Shown here: one piece after another, positions 40,374 to 49,795 of the stretch | How the letters are laid out: each line of letters starts with the position of its first letter | How positions within the stretch are numbered: the first letter of the stretch is position 1 | Source of the DNA: Candidatus Magasanikiibacteriota bacterium | GTDB taxonomy: Bacteria > Patescibacteriota > Patescibacteriia > Magasanikbacterales > UBA922 | Length of the DNA: 64,000 bases | Direction: 5' to 3' | Assembly: GCA_041665025.1 (NCBI GenBank) | Contig: JBAYJP010000001.1 | Coordinates: 110,555 to 174,554 of the forward strand | Position numbers and translations under genes: made by a program | Notes under the pieces: model-generated | Told to the model about the DNA's origin: nothing | Database searches by the model: none | Seen by the model: only the letters and a program-made list of their open reading frames with translations

Positions 40374-41447
40374 CTATTTTTTCAATTCTTGTTTGAAGAA
40401 GTCGACAAACGGAATCGCGGTCGGGTCAATGCCTTTTAATAAAGCAGAATAATAACTTACATACGAACCAAGGACCAAAACCTCACACCCTTGCAGAACC
40501 CTATCTTTTTCTCGGCAATGGTATGATTCAAACTGAATATTATTTTTCATCAAAACTTGTTTGGTAACTTCATACCGCTTTTGATTTCTGCTGTAATAGA
40601 GGTGTGATTGCAATAATATAAATAACAAATTTTCTTTATTGCTTGTTGGGTTTACCATTCCCTCCATAAGGTGGTGGTTCAATTCCGGAATAGCAAAATA
40701 CGCGGCAAACCGTTTTGCGTTTTCATTCATTTGATTTGCAGCGATGTGTGCGTTGCCAAGCAAATGTTCGGATGCGACGTACATAACACTTCGGTCAATA
40801 GTTTTGAGTGCTAGTTGTTTGGCCGGATTTCTTTCAGATGGAGTTTCCACACCGAACTCTGTATTATATTTTTCAAGTGTTCTAATTATTTGCTTAATTT
40901 TTACATCTGACAATTTCAATAGTCCAACTTTCGAATATAGCAATAATTGCCCAATGATAGAATACCCAAGCCCCATGCGTGGCGAACCGCATGGATTATT
41001 TTCAGTAGTAAAAATGAGAGCGGGAACTTTATTTCGTTTTGCAAAATCAGCTAATTTTCCTCCTGCCGTAATAACAAGCAGTTTTGCTTTTTTCTTTTTT
41101 GCCTCAGCAAATGCTGCGACCGTTTCTTCTGTTCCTCCTGAGTAGCTTGAACCAACAACAAGAGAATCTTTATTTACAAAAGCAGGGATATTATAGTCAT
41201 TGCAAATCTCAACGGGCAATTTTAATTCGTTTGCAAATAATGTCTTTACCAGATGAGTTCCAATAGCAGAACCACCCATTCCCAAAACAACTAAATTTTT
41301 TGCCTGTTTATAATTACTCGAAATTTTTAATTTTGATGCTGTTTGCAAAACCTGCAATGCTTGTTTACTAAGCAACTGCAAACTCCCCAGCATGTTTTGT
41401 GAATCTAATTTTTTAATTTCCGCTAAATTATCAAGAATATTAGACAT
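40374..41447 (-). CDS. SIS-domain sugar isomerase (bifunctional phosphoglucose/phosphomannose isomerase-like)
   Basis: Two SIS-like segments (VVLGMGGSAIG; VVGSSYSGGTEET). Confidence 0.6.
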   Translation of the reverse strand: MSNILDNLAEIKKLDSQNMLGSLQLLSKQALQVLQTASKLKISSNYKQAKNLVVLGMGGSAIGTHLVKTLFANELKLPVEICNDYNIPAFVNKDSLVVGSSYSGGTEETVAAFAEAKKKKAKLLVITAGGKLADFAKRNKVPALIFTTENNPCGSPRMGLGYSIIGQLLLYSKVGLLKLSDVKIKQIIRTLEKYNTEFGVETPSERNPAKQLALKTIDRSVMYVASEHLLGNAHIAANQMNENAKRFAAYFAIPELNHHLMEGMVNPTSNKENLLFILLQSHLYYSRNQKRYEVTKQVLMKNNIQFESYHCREKDRVLQGCEVLVLGSYVSYYSALLKGIDPTAIPFVDFFKQELKK

Positions 41448-41582
41448 AAAACATTAATTTAAAAGATTAAGACAGATGGTATAGTAGCAAAAAAACGCTT
41501 ATTTGTAAATAAAAAAAGCTATACATTTTCTTGACTTTTCTGTATGTTATGATAACATCTTTCCTAGGAAAGGAGGCAACAG

Positions 41583-41777
41583 ATGGCTGACGAAGAAAAA
41601 GAGGCGAAAGCCCCGACCTCGTCGGGTGACGAGAAGAGAAAGGCCCTCCTCCGGGAGAAGGCAGCCCTGGAGGCCTACCTCGCGTTTCTCGAGACCGCGA
41701 ATAAGGCGGCGGATCAAGAACCGCCGTTCGAAGTCCCCGCCCGGTACGGAACCGGCACGACCACGGATCTTAAATGA
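41583..41777 (+). CDS. small hydrophilic protein on GC-rich mini-island B
   Basis: AAGGAGG SD 6-7 nt upstream of the ATG. About 62% GC. Charged coiled-coil-like 64-aa product. Confidence 0.4.
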   Translation: MADEEKEAKAPTSSGDEKRKALLREKAALEAYLAFLETANKAADQEPPFEVPARYGTGTTTDLK

Positions 41778-42060
41778 GCCCTTCTAGCTCGTGCTTCCCC
41801 CTAACTTATTAGTTCTTTGATAGATTAGGAAGGAAACTTGCATGAGCGGACGAAAAAAATAGTTCTTGTAACCAAAAACAACCATAAAAGGTTGTTTTTG
41901 AAAATTCGTAAATTGAAAATTTATTTGTATCCCTGCCTGCCGGCAGACAGGGAATCCCTTTCTTAAAGATATATTTTTCAAAAAAAAAGGGATTCCTCCA
42001 CTCATCCCGATTTCGCTTCGCTATATCGGGATTCGGTCGGAATGACAAATGTAAACTAAA

Positions 42061-42933
42061 CTAGCAAGACAGTACCTTGTCACTATTCTTCCCTTCTTTC
42101 TTCATCTTCGCATATTTCTCCATGGTATCTCGCAACGCTTCATGGACCTCGCGCATTTCAATACCCAATTTTTCAAGATTTTCTGACGCAAGAAAATTGT
42201 TTGAACGTCCTTTTGTCGCAAGGCCTTGTTTGACCAAATCATCATTTGATATCCATTCATTTGTATGTGCTGGGTCAACTAATTCTTCATACAACGCCAT
42301 AAGTTCACGATGCTTCATAGTACCTGGATTGGTGACGTGAAAAATACCTTCTGCTTTTTTCTGTAATAATTTGTAAAACACATCAACCATGTCATCTAAA
42401 ATAGTCACACTATTTTCTACATCAATTACTTTTGGATAACGTGCCAATTTATCTATGAGATTCCGCTCCGACGGCATCCAGTCTATAGGCATACGAATAC
42501 GAGCTATCCCAACATTTGGCAATGTGGAAAGAACCAAATCAGCTGCCCACTTTGCGCGTGAGTATGTTGGTAATGGATTCCCAAAATCATTCTCTCTCCA
42601 TTTTTTATCTTCATGAGGAGAATCACCGTAATAAATACATCCAGAACCCATGTGCAATAAATATATTCCTCGTTCCTGACAGGCTTCTGCGAGTATGATA
42701 GGAAGTTTTGTATTACCCAAAATCGTTTCAAGTTGGTGTTCATCGCACCAATCTACATTTGGTTTTCCGGTAACGCCGGCTGCGTTTAAGACTACATCTG
42801 GTTTATGCTCATCCAAAAATGACAGCATGTCCTCTTTTGAATTTACATGTTTGTCCGCAAGTACTGCCTCATCACCCCATGCATCTTTGCATCGATGACC
42901 AATGTAACCGTTGCCTATAATTAAAATTTTCAT
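42061..42933 (-). CDS. NAD(P)-dependent sugar-nucleotide reductase/epimerase (dTDP-4-dehydrorhamnose reductase RmlD-like)
   Basis: N-terminal Rossmann fold MKILIIGNGYIGHRC and catalytic YSRAK (YxxxK). Confidence 0.65.
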   Translation of the reverse strand: MKILIIGNGYIGHRCKDAWGDEAVLADKHVNSKEDMLSFLDEHKPDVVLNAAGVTGKPNVDWCDEHQLETILGNTKLPIILAEACQERGIYLLHMGSGCIYYGDSPHEDKKWRENDFGNPLPTYSRAKWAADLVLSTLPNVGIARIRMPIDWMPSERNLIDKLARYPKVIDVENSVTILDDMVDVFYKLLQKKAEGIFHVTNPGTMKHRELMALYEELVDPAHTNEWISNDDLVKQGLATKGRSNNFLASENLEKLGIEMREVHEALRDTMEKYAKMKKEGKNSDKVLSC

Positions 42934-42973
42934 AATTAATATTAATTTATAATTTTGAATTTCAAATTAAAAA

Positions 42974-43981
42974 TTACGCCCGTCCATACCACTTCTCATA
43001 ATATTCCTGATATGCTCCACTCCGACAATCCATCACCCATTTTTGATTCTGTGTGTACCATTCAACTGTTTTCTTCAATCCATCATCTAAACCAATTAAT
43101 GGTTCCCAGTCTAATTCTGTTTGTGCCTTTGAATAATCTATGGAATACCTGCGATCATGCCCTGGCCTATCTTTTACATATTCAATATATGATTCATCTT
43201 TTCCCAAGAGCGCCAGCAATTTCTTCGTCAATTCGAGATTAGTGATTTCTGAATCTTTTCCCCCAAGACAATAGGTGTCGCCTATTCTGCCTTTTTGCAA
43301 AATCATATCAACTCCTCTGCTGTGGTCATCAACAAAAATCCAATCACGCATTTGTTGTCCATCTCCATATACGGGTACTTTATTACCTTCCATTAAATTT
43401 GAAATAAACAATGGAATAATCTTCTCAGGAAACATGTATGGCCCATAATTATTTGAACAATTCGAAATGGTTGCTTCCAAACCATATGTCGTATGATATG
43501 CGCGGACGAGGTGATCTGATGCTGCTTTTGCAGCTGCGTATGGACTGCGTGGCGCGTATCGAGTTTGCTCGTCAAACGATGGATCCTCTGGCCTTAATGC
43601 ACCAAATACTTCATCTGTTGAAATATGATGAAAACGTTTTTTATACTCTCGGGCAGCATCAAGTAATGTTTGAGTTCCTAAAACATTTGTCTTGATAAAT
43701 GCGCTTGGGTCCATGATAGATCTATCCACATGTGTTTCAGCGGCAAAATGTACAATAACGTCTGATTCCTTTACCTTATCAAAAACTAAATCACGATCGC
43801 AAATATCTCCTTTGATAAAAGAATAATGTGGATTTTCTTCAACATCTTTCAAATTTTCCAAATTACCCGCATAGGTCAATACGTCATAATTAAAAATATC
43901 ATCCTGTGGATGTTGTAAAAGCCAATAATGGATAAAATTTGAACCAATAAACCCTGCACCGCCTGTAATTAATAATTTCAT
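42974..43981 (-). CDS. rmlB: dTDP-glucose 4,6-dehydratase
   Basis: MKLLITGGAGFIGSNF, catalytic YAAAKAASD and the RmlB C-terminal region. Confidence 0.9.
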   Translation of the reverse strand: MKLLITGGAGFIGSNFIHYWLLQHPQDDIFNYDVLTYAGNLENLKDVEENPHYSFIKGDICDRDLVFDKVKESDVIVHFAAETHVDRSIMDPSAFIKTNVLGTQTLLDAAREYKKRFHHISTDEVFGALRPEDPSFDEQTRYAPRSPYAAAKAASDHLVRAYHTTYGLEATISNCSNNYGPYMFPEKIIPLFISNLMEGNKVPVYGDGQQMRDWIFVDDHSRGVDMILQKGRIGDTYCLGGKDSEITNLELTKKLLALLGKDESYIEYVKDRPGHDRRYSIDYSKAQTELDWEPLIGLDDGLKKTVEWYTQNQKWVMDCRSGAYQEYYEKWYGRA

Positions 43982-43986
43982 AAGTA

Positions 43987-44424
43987 TTATAGAATAGGCT
44001 GACCTTCGGAATGTTCAAAAAAATCGCGAATTATATTTGCATGATGAAATCCTATATCAATAGGTATATTATCTTTGGAAAAAAATTTACTTTCTATTAC
44101 TTCAATAGTTTCTTGCAAACTGCCTGCAATAATATGTGCAACATAAATCACAGTAACACGCGCTCCCCGAGGATCTTTACCCGTGCTTGTATATACTCCG
44201 TATAATTTATCGATATGAATTTCGACGCCTATTTCCTCATATACTTCTCTCTTTGCGGCCTCAATAGGCTGTTCTTCTTTTATATGACCCCCGGGTAATA
44301 TCCAAAAACCTTTATAGGGCTCGACTCCACGTTTTGTCAATAATATTTCATCTAGTTCATTCAAAATAATGACATCGGCAGAACATGTTGGATATTTTTT
44401 TTCTAATTCAAAAGGTATTTCCAT
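43987..44424 (-). CDS. NUDIX hydrolase
   Basis: Nudix box GGHIKEEQPIEAAKREVYEEIGVEI. Confidence 0.8.
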   Translation of the reverse strand: MEIPFELEKKYPTCSADVIILNELDEILLTKRGVEPYKGFWILPGGHIKEEQPIEAAKREVYEEIGVEIHIDKLYGVYTSTGKDPRGARVTVIYVAHIIAGSLQETIEVIESKFFSKDNIPIDIGFHHANIIRDFFEHSEGQPIL

Positions 44425-44425
44425 A

Positions 44426-45376
44426 TTATTTTTCTTGCACTTTATGTCTGATATCTTTCATCGCAGCATCTAGATGATATGCCAAAGATGGCAAATCATC
44501 AAGAGGAAAATATCTAAAATCATCCATTTCGACATTTTTGACAAAATGATGGCTCTTGATCTTGATAAAATACAAAATCATAGCACGTGCAAAACGTGGA
44601 CTCATACCTTTGTCAGAATATACATGAAATAAATCACCTATTGTACATTCTACGCCGAGCTCTTCGCGGACTTCACGTTTGAGACACTCCTCAATAGACT
44701 CATATACATACATATGACCCCCAGGCAAATCCCATGTATCTTTGAATGGATCCTGTGCTCTATGCGCAAGCAGAATTTCATTTTGTTCATTGAGCACAAT
44801 ACCCATCGCAACCGTATGCATAAAATCATTATCGCGATAATTGTATATTGTTCCAAAATTATCCGTATAAAATGAGCGAGATGCGGGGATCAATTTTCCT
44901 GAATGTTTTTTTTGTATATATCTACGAAGAACTTTGTTATGATTATAACCAAGCCTTTTCCAAAACAAGTAGTGAGGTTTTACCCACTTACATTCTTGGA
45001 CAAATTCAGTAGGAATATCAAAGGTACACCCCGGTTTAGGCCGTGCAGCAAAAATAACTTGAACTCCATAAAAGCGCGGATCTGCAGGGGGCTTCGAATC
45101 TGGATCGCCAAGCACATCTATAAGATACGAAAGTTCAATATCCAACCCTATTTCTTCTTTTACACTGCGTATAGCAGATGCCTGTATGTTATCATCTTCT
45201 ACATACGCGTAGCCGCTTGGCAAAATCCATTTATCTTTCATCGGAGGCACGCCACTTTTTTCAATCAAAATTTCTCCCTGTTCATTTTCAATTATGAGAT
45301 CAACACAAAGCACTGCATATCTCTGCTGTTTCAAAAAAGGAATTTGGGTAATTGTGTCCAAAAACCGAGCTGACAT
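44426..45376 (-). CDS. tandem-domain NUDIX hydrolase (two Nudix boxes)
   Basis: SGYAYVEDDNIQASAIRSVKEEIGL and PGGHMYVYESIEECLKREVREELGVE. The start is set at MSARFLD, which gives a 2-nt gap to the upstream NUDIX gene. Confidence 0.75.
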   Translation of the reverse strand: MSARFLDTITQIPFLKQQRYAVLCVDLIIENEQGEILIEKSGVPPMKDKWILPSGYAYVEDDNIQASAIRSVKEEIGLDIELSYLIDVLGDPDSKPPADPRFYGVQVIFAARPKPGCTFDIPTEFVQECKWVKPHYLFWKRLGYNHNKVLRRYIQKKHSGKLIPASRSFYTDNFGTIYNYRDNDFMHTVAMGIVLNEQNEILLAHRAQDPFKDTWDLPGGHMYVYESIEECLKREVREELGVECTIGDLFHVYSDKGMSPRFARAMILYFIKIKSHHFVKNVEMDDFRYFPLDDLPSLAYHLDAAMKDIRHKVQEK

Positions 45377-45378
45377 AT

Positions 45379-45915
45379 TTAATGTGAAAAATAATAATGT
45401 GTAAGCGCCCACGCAGCCATAGTTTGTCCATCCCAAATTTCATTATTTCGTATCATATTATCCACTTCATCTGGACGACGATAGAGCAATTCAATTTCTT
45501 CCGTATCATCTGTATGTTGCTCATGTTGTTCAGTTACATGCACGAGAAATACGTGACACGTTTCTTTTATCAGACCATTGGCAGTTTCAAATGTTCCCAT
45601 TTTTACAAATTCTTTTGCGGTGTATCCAGTTTCCTCAGAAAGTTCGATTTGTGCAGCCTCAAGCGGAAGTATACCTTTCCTTACCCCGCCACCGGGAAAT
45701 TCAACGCTCTGTTTGTCAACTAGATATCTATGTTGCAGTGTAAGCACTAACCGGCCATCGGGCAATACGGGAACAAGCATGACCATGCCTGGAGTTTCTC
45801 CATAATAATAATCGCCTATTTGCCCATTTGGTTTTTCATACGTATCATGCTTATACGTCCACCAAGGATTTTCGTGCAATATTTCTTCGGTAAGTTTTTT
45901 TAAGTGTTTGGGCAT
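45379..45915 (-). CDS. NUDIX hydrolase (ADP-ribose pyrophosphatase-like)
   Basis: PGGGVRKGILPLEAAQIELSEETGY. Confidence 0.8.
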   Translation of the reverse strand: MPKHLKKLTEEILHENPWWTYKHDTYEKPNGQIGDYYYGETPGMVMLVPVLPDGRLVLTLQHRYLVDKQSVEFPGGGVRKGILPLEAAQIELSEETGYTAKEFVKMGTFETANGLIKETCHVFLVHVTEQHEQHTDDTEEIELLYRRPDEVDNMIRNNEIWDGQTMAAWALTHYYFSH

Positions 45916-45917
45916 AA

Positions 45918-46781
45918 TTAGGTTTCACAATCAAATGATCCTTGTACGACCAATTTTTTCAAAAAATCTACTCTTTTCTTTAACATTAAACGGTAACGTC
46001 TACTTTTGTCTTCCGAGGATCTCAAATCTCCCATATCAAGTATGTGTATTCCTTTAATCTCACCACCTATTTTATTAATACAAAGGTTAAAATCGCCCAT
46101 TGTCTCAACCATATAACCTGTTTTTTCAAAATAGTCTAAAGTTATACATGTAAATTTTCTTAATTGTCTGTTAAATTCCGAATTTACTGATGCTATTCTT
46201 AAAAGATCTTCTACAGTATAACTAAAAAAATTTGACAACTTCCCCTCAACTAGTCTTTGAATCATTGCGGCTCTTGGTTCATTTGAAAATGGATCGTTAA
46301 TTATAAAGTTTGCAGACTCTGGAATTATTTCTGAAATAGATGCATATATCTCTCTTAGCTTTTCATAATTCGTTTGAAAATGCTTTGCTACATCTACCAG
46401 GCTACCCCCTTTTTGTGGTGGAAATAACAACTTCAGCGCCCAAGAAGGACCCTTGTGCTTATTTTTTAGTAGATATACTTTTGCTTCTCCCCCGCCACCT
46501 ATTCTCTCCGAGAATTCATATTTATTAGGGTCAAAGGGTAAATGTTCCACATATTGACGTTTAAAATAACGTTCAACAACTTCTCGACCCAAACCTTCTG
46601 GAGCATATACTAATGCTGCGCGGATTAATGAAACTAAACGGGCATAACGACCTGATGATTCATCATTTAATCTACGCCACAACTCTCCGGTCCCTTTTGG
46701 ACAAGGACCTCTTTCACATGATTCTTCTACTGCGCTAGACAACTTACGCACAAAATGAGGCAATCTATCCCTTTCTATCAT
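45918..46781 (-). CDS. hypothetical protein with protein-kinase-like features
   Basis: Gly-rich loop IGGGGEAKVYLL followed by WALKLL (VAIK-like), later HILDMGDL. The fold assignment is tentative. Confidence 0.35.
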   Translation of the reverse strand: MIERDRLPHFVRKLSSAVEESCERGPCPKGTGELWRRLNDESSGRYARLVSLIRAALVYAPEGLGREVVERYFKRQYVEHLPFDPNKYEFSERIGGGGEAKVYLLKNKHKGPSWALKLLFPPQKGGSLVDVAKHFQTNYEKLREIYASISEIIPESANFIINDPFSNEPRAAMIQRLVEGKLSNFFSYTVEDLLRIASVNSEFNRQLRKFTCITLDYFEKTGYMVETMGDFNLCINKIGGEIKGIHILDMGDLRSSEDKSRRYRLMLKKRVDFLKKLVVQGSFDCET

Positions 46782-46794
46782 ATCCTATTATGGG

Positions 46795-47199
46795 CTAAGC
46801 AAATAAAGTACTAATTTCTTGAACACTCGTGTGCCCCGGCGCATTTACAATAGCATGCATATTACTGCCACCATCGTCATTCCATCGCGGTATAATATGA
46901 ATGTGCAAATGCGGGACTACCTGTCCGCCGGCCTCGCCATGATTCCATCCTACATTATATCCGTCTGGCTGGAGCACATGATCGATTTTTTCTTGCGTGC
47001 GTTTTACTGCAGTCATCAAAAATCCTAAGAGCTCATCATTAAGTTCAAGTAGTGTTTCTGTATGCAATTTGGGGACAACGACCGCATGACCTTTCGCGCG
47101 CGGGTAGATATCCAAAAAAGCAAGCACATGATCATCTTCGTACACGGTGTAGTTTGGAATTTCTTTTTTTATAATTTTGCAAAAAATACAATTGTCCAT
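46795..47199 (-). CDS. HIT (histidine triad) family hydrolase
   Basis: CIFCKI...HLHIHIIPR histidine triad. Confidence 0.85.
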   Translation of the reverse strand: MDNCIFCKIIKKEIPNYTVYEDDHVLAFLDIYPRAKGHAVVVPKLHTETLLELNDELLGFLMTAVKRTQEKIDHVLQPDGYNVGWNHGEAGGQVVPHLHIHIIPRWNDDGGSNMHAIVNAPGHTSVQEISTLFA

Positions 47200-47212
47200 A
47201 TTAGTAAAATAA

Positions 47213-47279
47213 GTTCATAGCCAATAGCCAATAATTCATAGTCGTCAACCTATTGGCTATGAACTACTGGCTATGAACT
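47213..47279. repeat. palindromic intergenic repeat, family B (gttcatagccaatag ... ctattggctatgaac)
   Basis: Copies also at 52804-52887 and 58161-58234. Confidence 0.6.
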
Positions 47280-48889
47280 TTCAAATTATACAAGGTATGA
47301 TCTTTGAAAAACATTTTTTCTTCTAAAGAAAGCCCAAACTGTCCCAGATAATCAACAGTGTTTTGATAATGTGCCTCGTCCAACTTCGGAGTGAGATAAT
47401 AGACTGGATTTCCCGCAAAAACGAGTTTACCCAATGCCTGACCCACCCGAGAGTCAAAAAAACGGACAATTACTTGCCTTTCAGGCCATACAAATTTATC
47501 CTCTCTATCAGATACGATTATAGCATGGGTTTGCGTGCTTGCCAAGATGTCTTTTTTGACTAATTCTACATATTTTAACTGTCCTCGCACAGCCAAAATT
47601 CCATCAACTCCTCTAAACGCTGCATTATAAGACAATAAAGCCATACCAGACAAGACAATCACTCCAAGCAGCCAAGCCCTTTTTTTCTGGGCTATACCCT
47701 GCCAAACACTCCCCACAAACGGCAACATAAGGATAAAAATAGGCAACCAATAGCGTGTGTAGGCAACACCTATTGTCTTCATGCTATAGAGCGTGTCTGC
47801 ACTACTTCCATAGTAAATAAAAAGAAATGATGAAACGAAAATACAAACTATTGCGTATATTTTTTGTGCACGAGTCAAAATTCCTTTTTTCCAATTAAAT
47901 ATAAAAAATGCAAATCCAAACAGTGCGGGAACTGTGTACCACCATTGTATATTGATAAAATAAAACCAAACACTTCGCACAATCATGCCAACACTAACAC
48001 CAAAAGGAAATAAAAATGAATACCAATGTGAAACTCCAATAGAACGAGAGGTAATATATGCACCAATTGGATTTCCATACACCTGTATGTTAAACCACGC
48101 GTATAACCCGATAAAAATTAAACTCGTTATAATCCACGTGAGCAATCGTGAAAATGAAATTTCTTTTCTGTAGGCTATAATGACAATACACATTGCAAGA
48201 CCAATCCATACAATTTCATTTGGCCGCATCAAAATACCAAGCATAAAAACCGACATTCCCAAAATATCGTTTACCATCATCGAAATCCGTTCAAACCTGC
48301 CTGCCGGCAAGGCAGGTCTGTTAAATCTGTGTTCTATTATCATCTTCAAGGGATTCACTAACAAAAACCAAATTCCTATCAACAACAAACTCACAGACGG
48401 CACATTATGAAACATACTTCGTGCCGTGTAATAAAAAAGCACTGGCTGAAAAAATAATAATAGCGAACTGTAGAACGCAACTTCTTTATTGAATATCTTT
48501 TTTATAATTCCATAAAACGCCCACACACCCAAAATTGCAAGAACGGATGTCAAAAACACCATTGCATTCATACCAACTATTTTTGCAATAAGTCCATACA
48601 TCATGGGCATTCCCAAAAATCCAACAGGTAAAATTTCTTTTCCTCCATTTTCTTCTACATAGGTACTGCGCGGATGAATAAATTCATTCAATTCTCCATA
48701 ATCTTGTGGCAAGGAATACGAAAGTTTATTTTCTTTCGCCACTGTGCCAGTAAATACATAATTTGCTGTTTCATCGGGCGAATTAAAAATTCCCGGCACT
48801 GAAAAATTTAAATAATTATATAAAACAAAAAATACTATTGAAAAAATAAGTAGGATGATTTTATGTTTGTTAAGAAAAAAATTATTCAT
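47264..48889 (-). CDS. polytopic membrane protein, GT-C-like (ArnT/PMT-type glycosyltransferase candidate)
   Basis: More than 10 TM helices. It carries the in-frame palindrome cctgcctgccggcaaggcagg (48296-48320) encoding PALPAG. Confidence 0.5.
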   Translation of the reverse strand: MNNFFLNKHKIILLIFSIVFFVLYNYLNFSVPGIFNSPDETANYVFTGTVAKENKLSYSLPQDYGELNEFIHPRSTYVEENGGKEILPVGFLGMPMMYGLIAKIVGMNAMVFLTSVLAILGVWAFYGIIKKIFNKEVAFYSSLLLFFQPVLFYYTARSMFHNVPSVSLLLIGIWFLLVNPLKMIIEHRFNRPALPAGRFERISMMVNDILGMSVFMLGILMRPNEIVWIGLAMCIVIIAYRKEISFSRLLTWIITSLIFIGLYAWFNIQVYGNPIGAYITSRSIGVSHWYSFLFPFGVSVGMIVRSVWFYFINIQWWYTVPALFGFAFFIFNWKKGILTRAQKIYAIVCIFVSSFLFIYYGSSADTLYSMKTIGVAYTRYWLPIFILMLPFVGSVWQGIAQKKRAWLLGVIVLSGMALLSYNAAFRGVDGILAVRGQLKYVELVKKDILASTQTHAIIVSDREDKFVWPERQVIVRFFDSRVGQALGKLVFAGNPVYYLTPKLDEAHYQNTVDYLGQFGLSLEEKMFFKDHTLYNLKVHSQ

Positions 48890-48957
48890 AATGCTTGACC
48901 GAAACTATATAAAATGATAGAACATGATAAACCTAAGGCCGTGGAAAGGAGGACACC

Positions 48958-49662
48958 ATGGCCAAGCGCGTGAGACGCGCTCGTAGTGTGACCGGTGTCC
49001 CCACCCGGCCACAAGACCCGCTTCACGAGTGGCTCGGTATCACCGGGCTACTCATGAAACACGAGGTGACCGCGAACACCGTTACGGTTGTTCGTGGAAT
49101 CCTCGTTCTGCCGGTGATCATACTGGCAGGATTCGGCTTCAGTGGGGCGGCGTTTATTCTCCACCTTGTGAGCTGGTGGGGCGACGCCGTGGATGGTTCG
49201 GTCGCGCGCGAACGGCAGCGATGCGGCTACGTCGATAATCGGGATTTAGGGGAGTATCTTGACCCGATGGTCGACAAGGCTGCATGGGTGGCAGAGGCAA
49301 TGTTTTTACCTTTCGCCGCCCAAGCTGAACTCCGTCCGACGTGGGTGGTGGTAATCGCTATCGCGGCGATGTGTGTGCTCGTCCTCATCGAGGTTGCACT
49401 CGGCATCGTCCGGTGGCAAGATTACCACGCTAACACCAAGCAGACTACAGATGCGCCCAAACTCAACCTTGGGGCGCGCTGGTCAGGCAAGGTGAAGATG
49501 GTGCTCGAGGTCGCAGGACTCTCGACACTAATCCTTACCTCGTCCGACGAGGCTACTTGGTGCGTCCACGTGTGGGCGTGGGCGCTCGCGGCTGCTATGC
49601 CACTCGCCTCGCTCAGCCTGCTCCAAAAGATCTGGAGCAGGAAGGCTATAGTGGCAAACTAA
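48958..49662 (+). CDS. CDP-alcohol phosphatidyltransferase family protein on GC-rich island C
   Basis: Catalytic motif DAVDGSVARERQRCGYVDNRDLGEYLDPMVD (D-G-x2-A-R...G...D...D). AAGGAGG SD 5 nt upstream. About 62% GC versus about 32% in the flanks. Confidence 0.7.
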   Translation: MAKRVRRARSVTGVPTRPQDPLHEWLGITGLLMKHEVTANTVTVVRGILVLPVIILAGFGFSGAAFILHLVSWWGDAVDGSVARERQRCGYVDNRDLGEYLDPMVDKAAWVAEAMFLPFAAQAELRPTWVVVIAIAAMCVLVLIEVALGIVRWQDYHANTKQTTDAPKLNLGARWSGKVKMVLEVAGLSTLILTSSDEATWCVHVWAWALAAAMPLASLSLLQKIWSRKAIVAN

Positions 49663-49795
49663 GGAGCTACGCCCCGCGGGATTGGAGGATCCCCGGGGCG
49701 ATTGCGTTTTATAACACAGATTGCACAGAATAAAAAGGAAACACGGATTACTATTTCGGTGTATTCCTTGTCATTCCGTGTAATCCGTGTTCTAT

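Noticed and set aside
41531-41560. Sigma70-like promoter (TTGACT … tatgat) upstream of island B ORF
   Set aside because: The spacing between the -35-like and -10-like hexamers does not fit 16-18 nt in any register. Left as unsupported.
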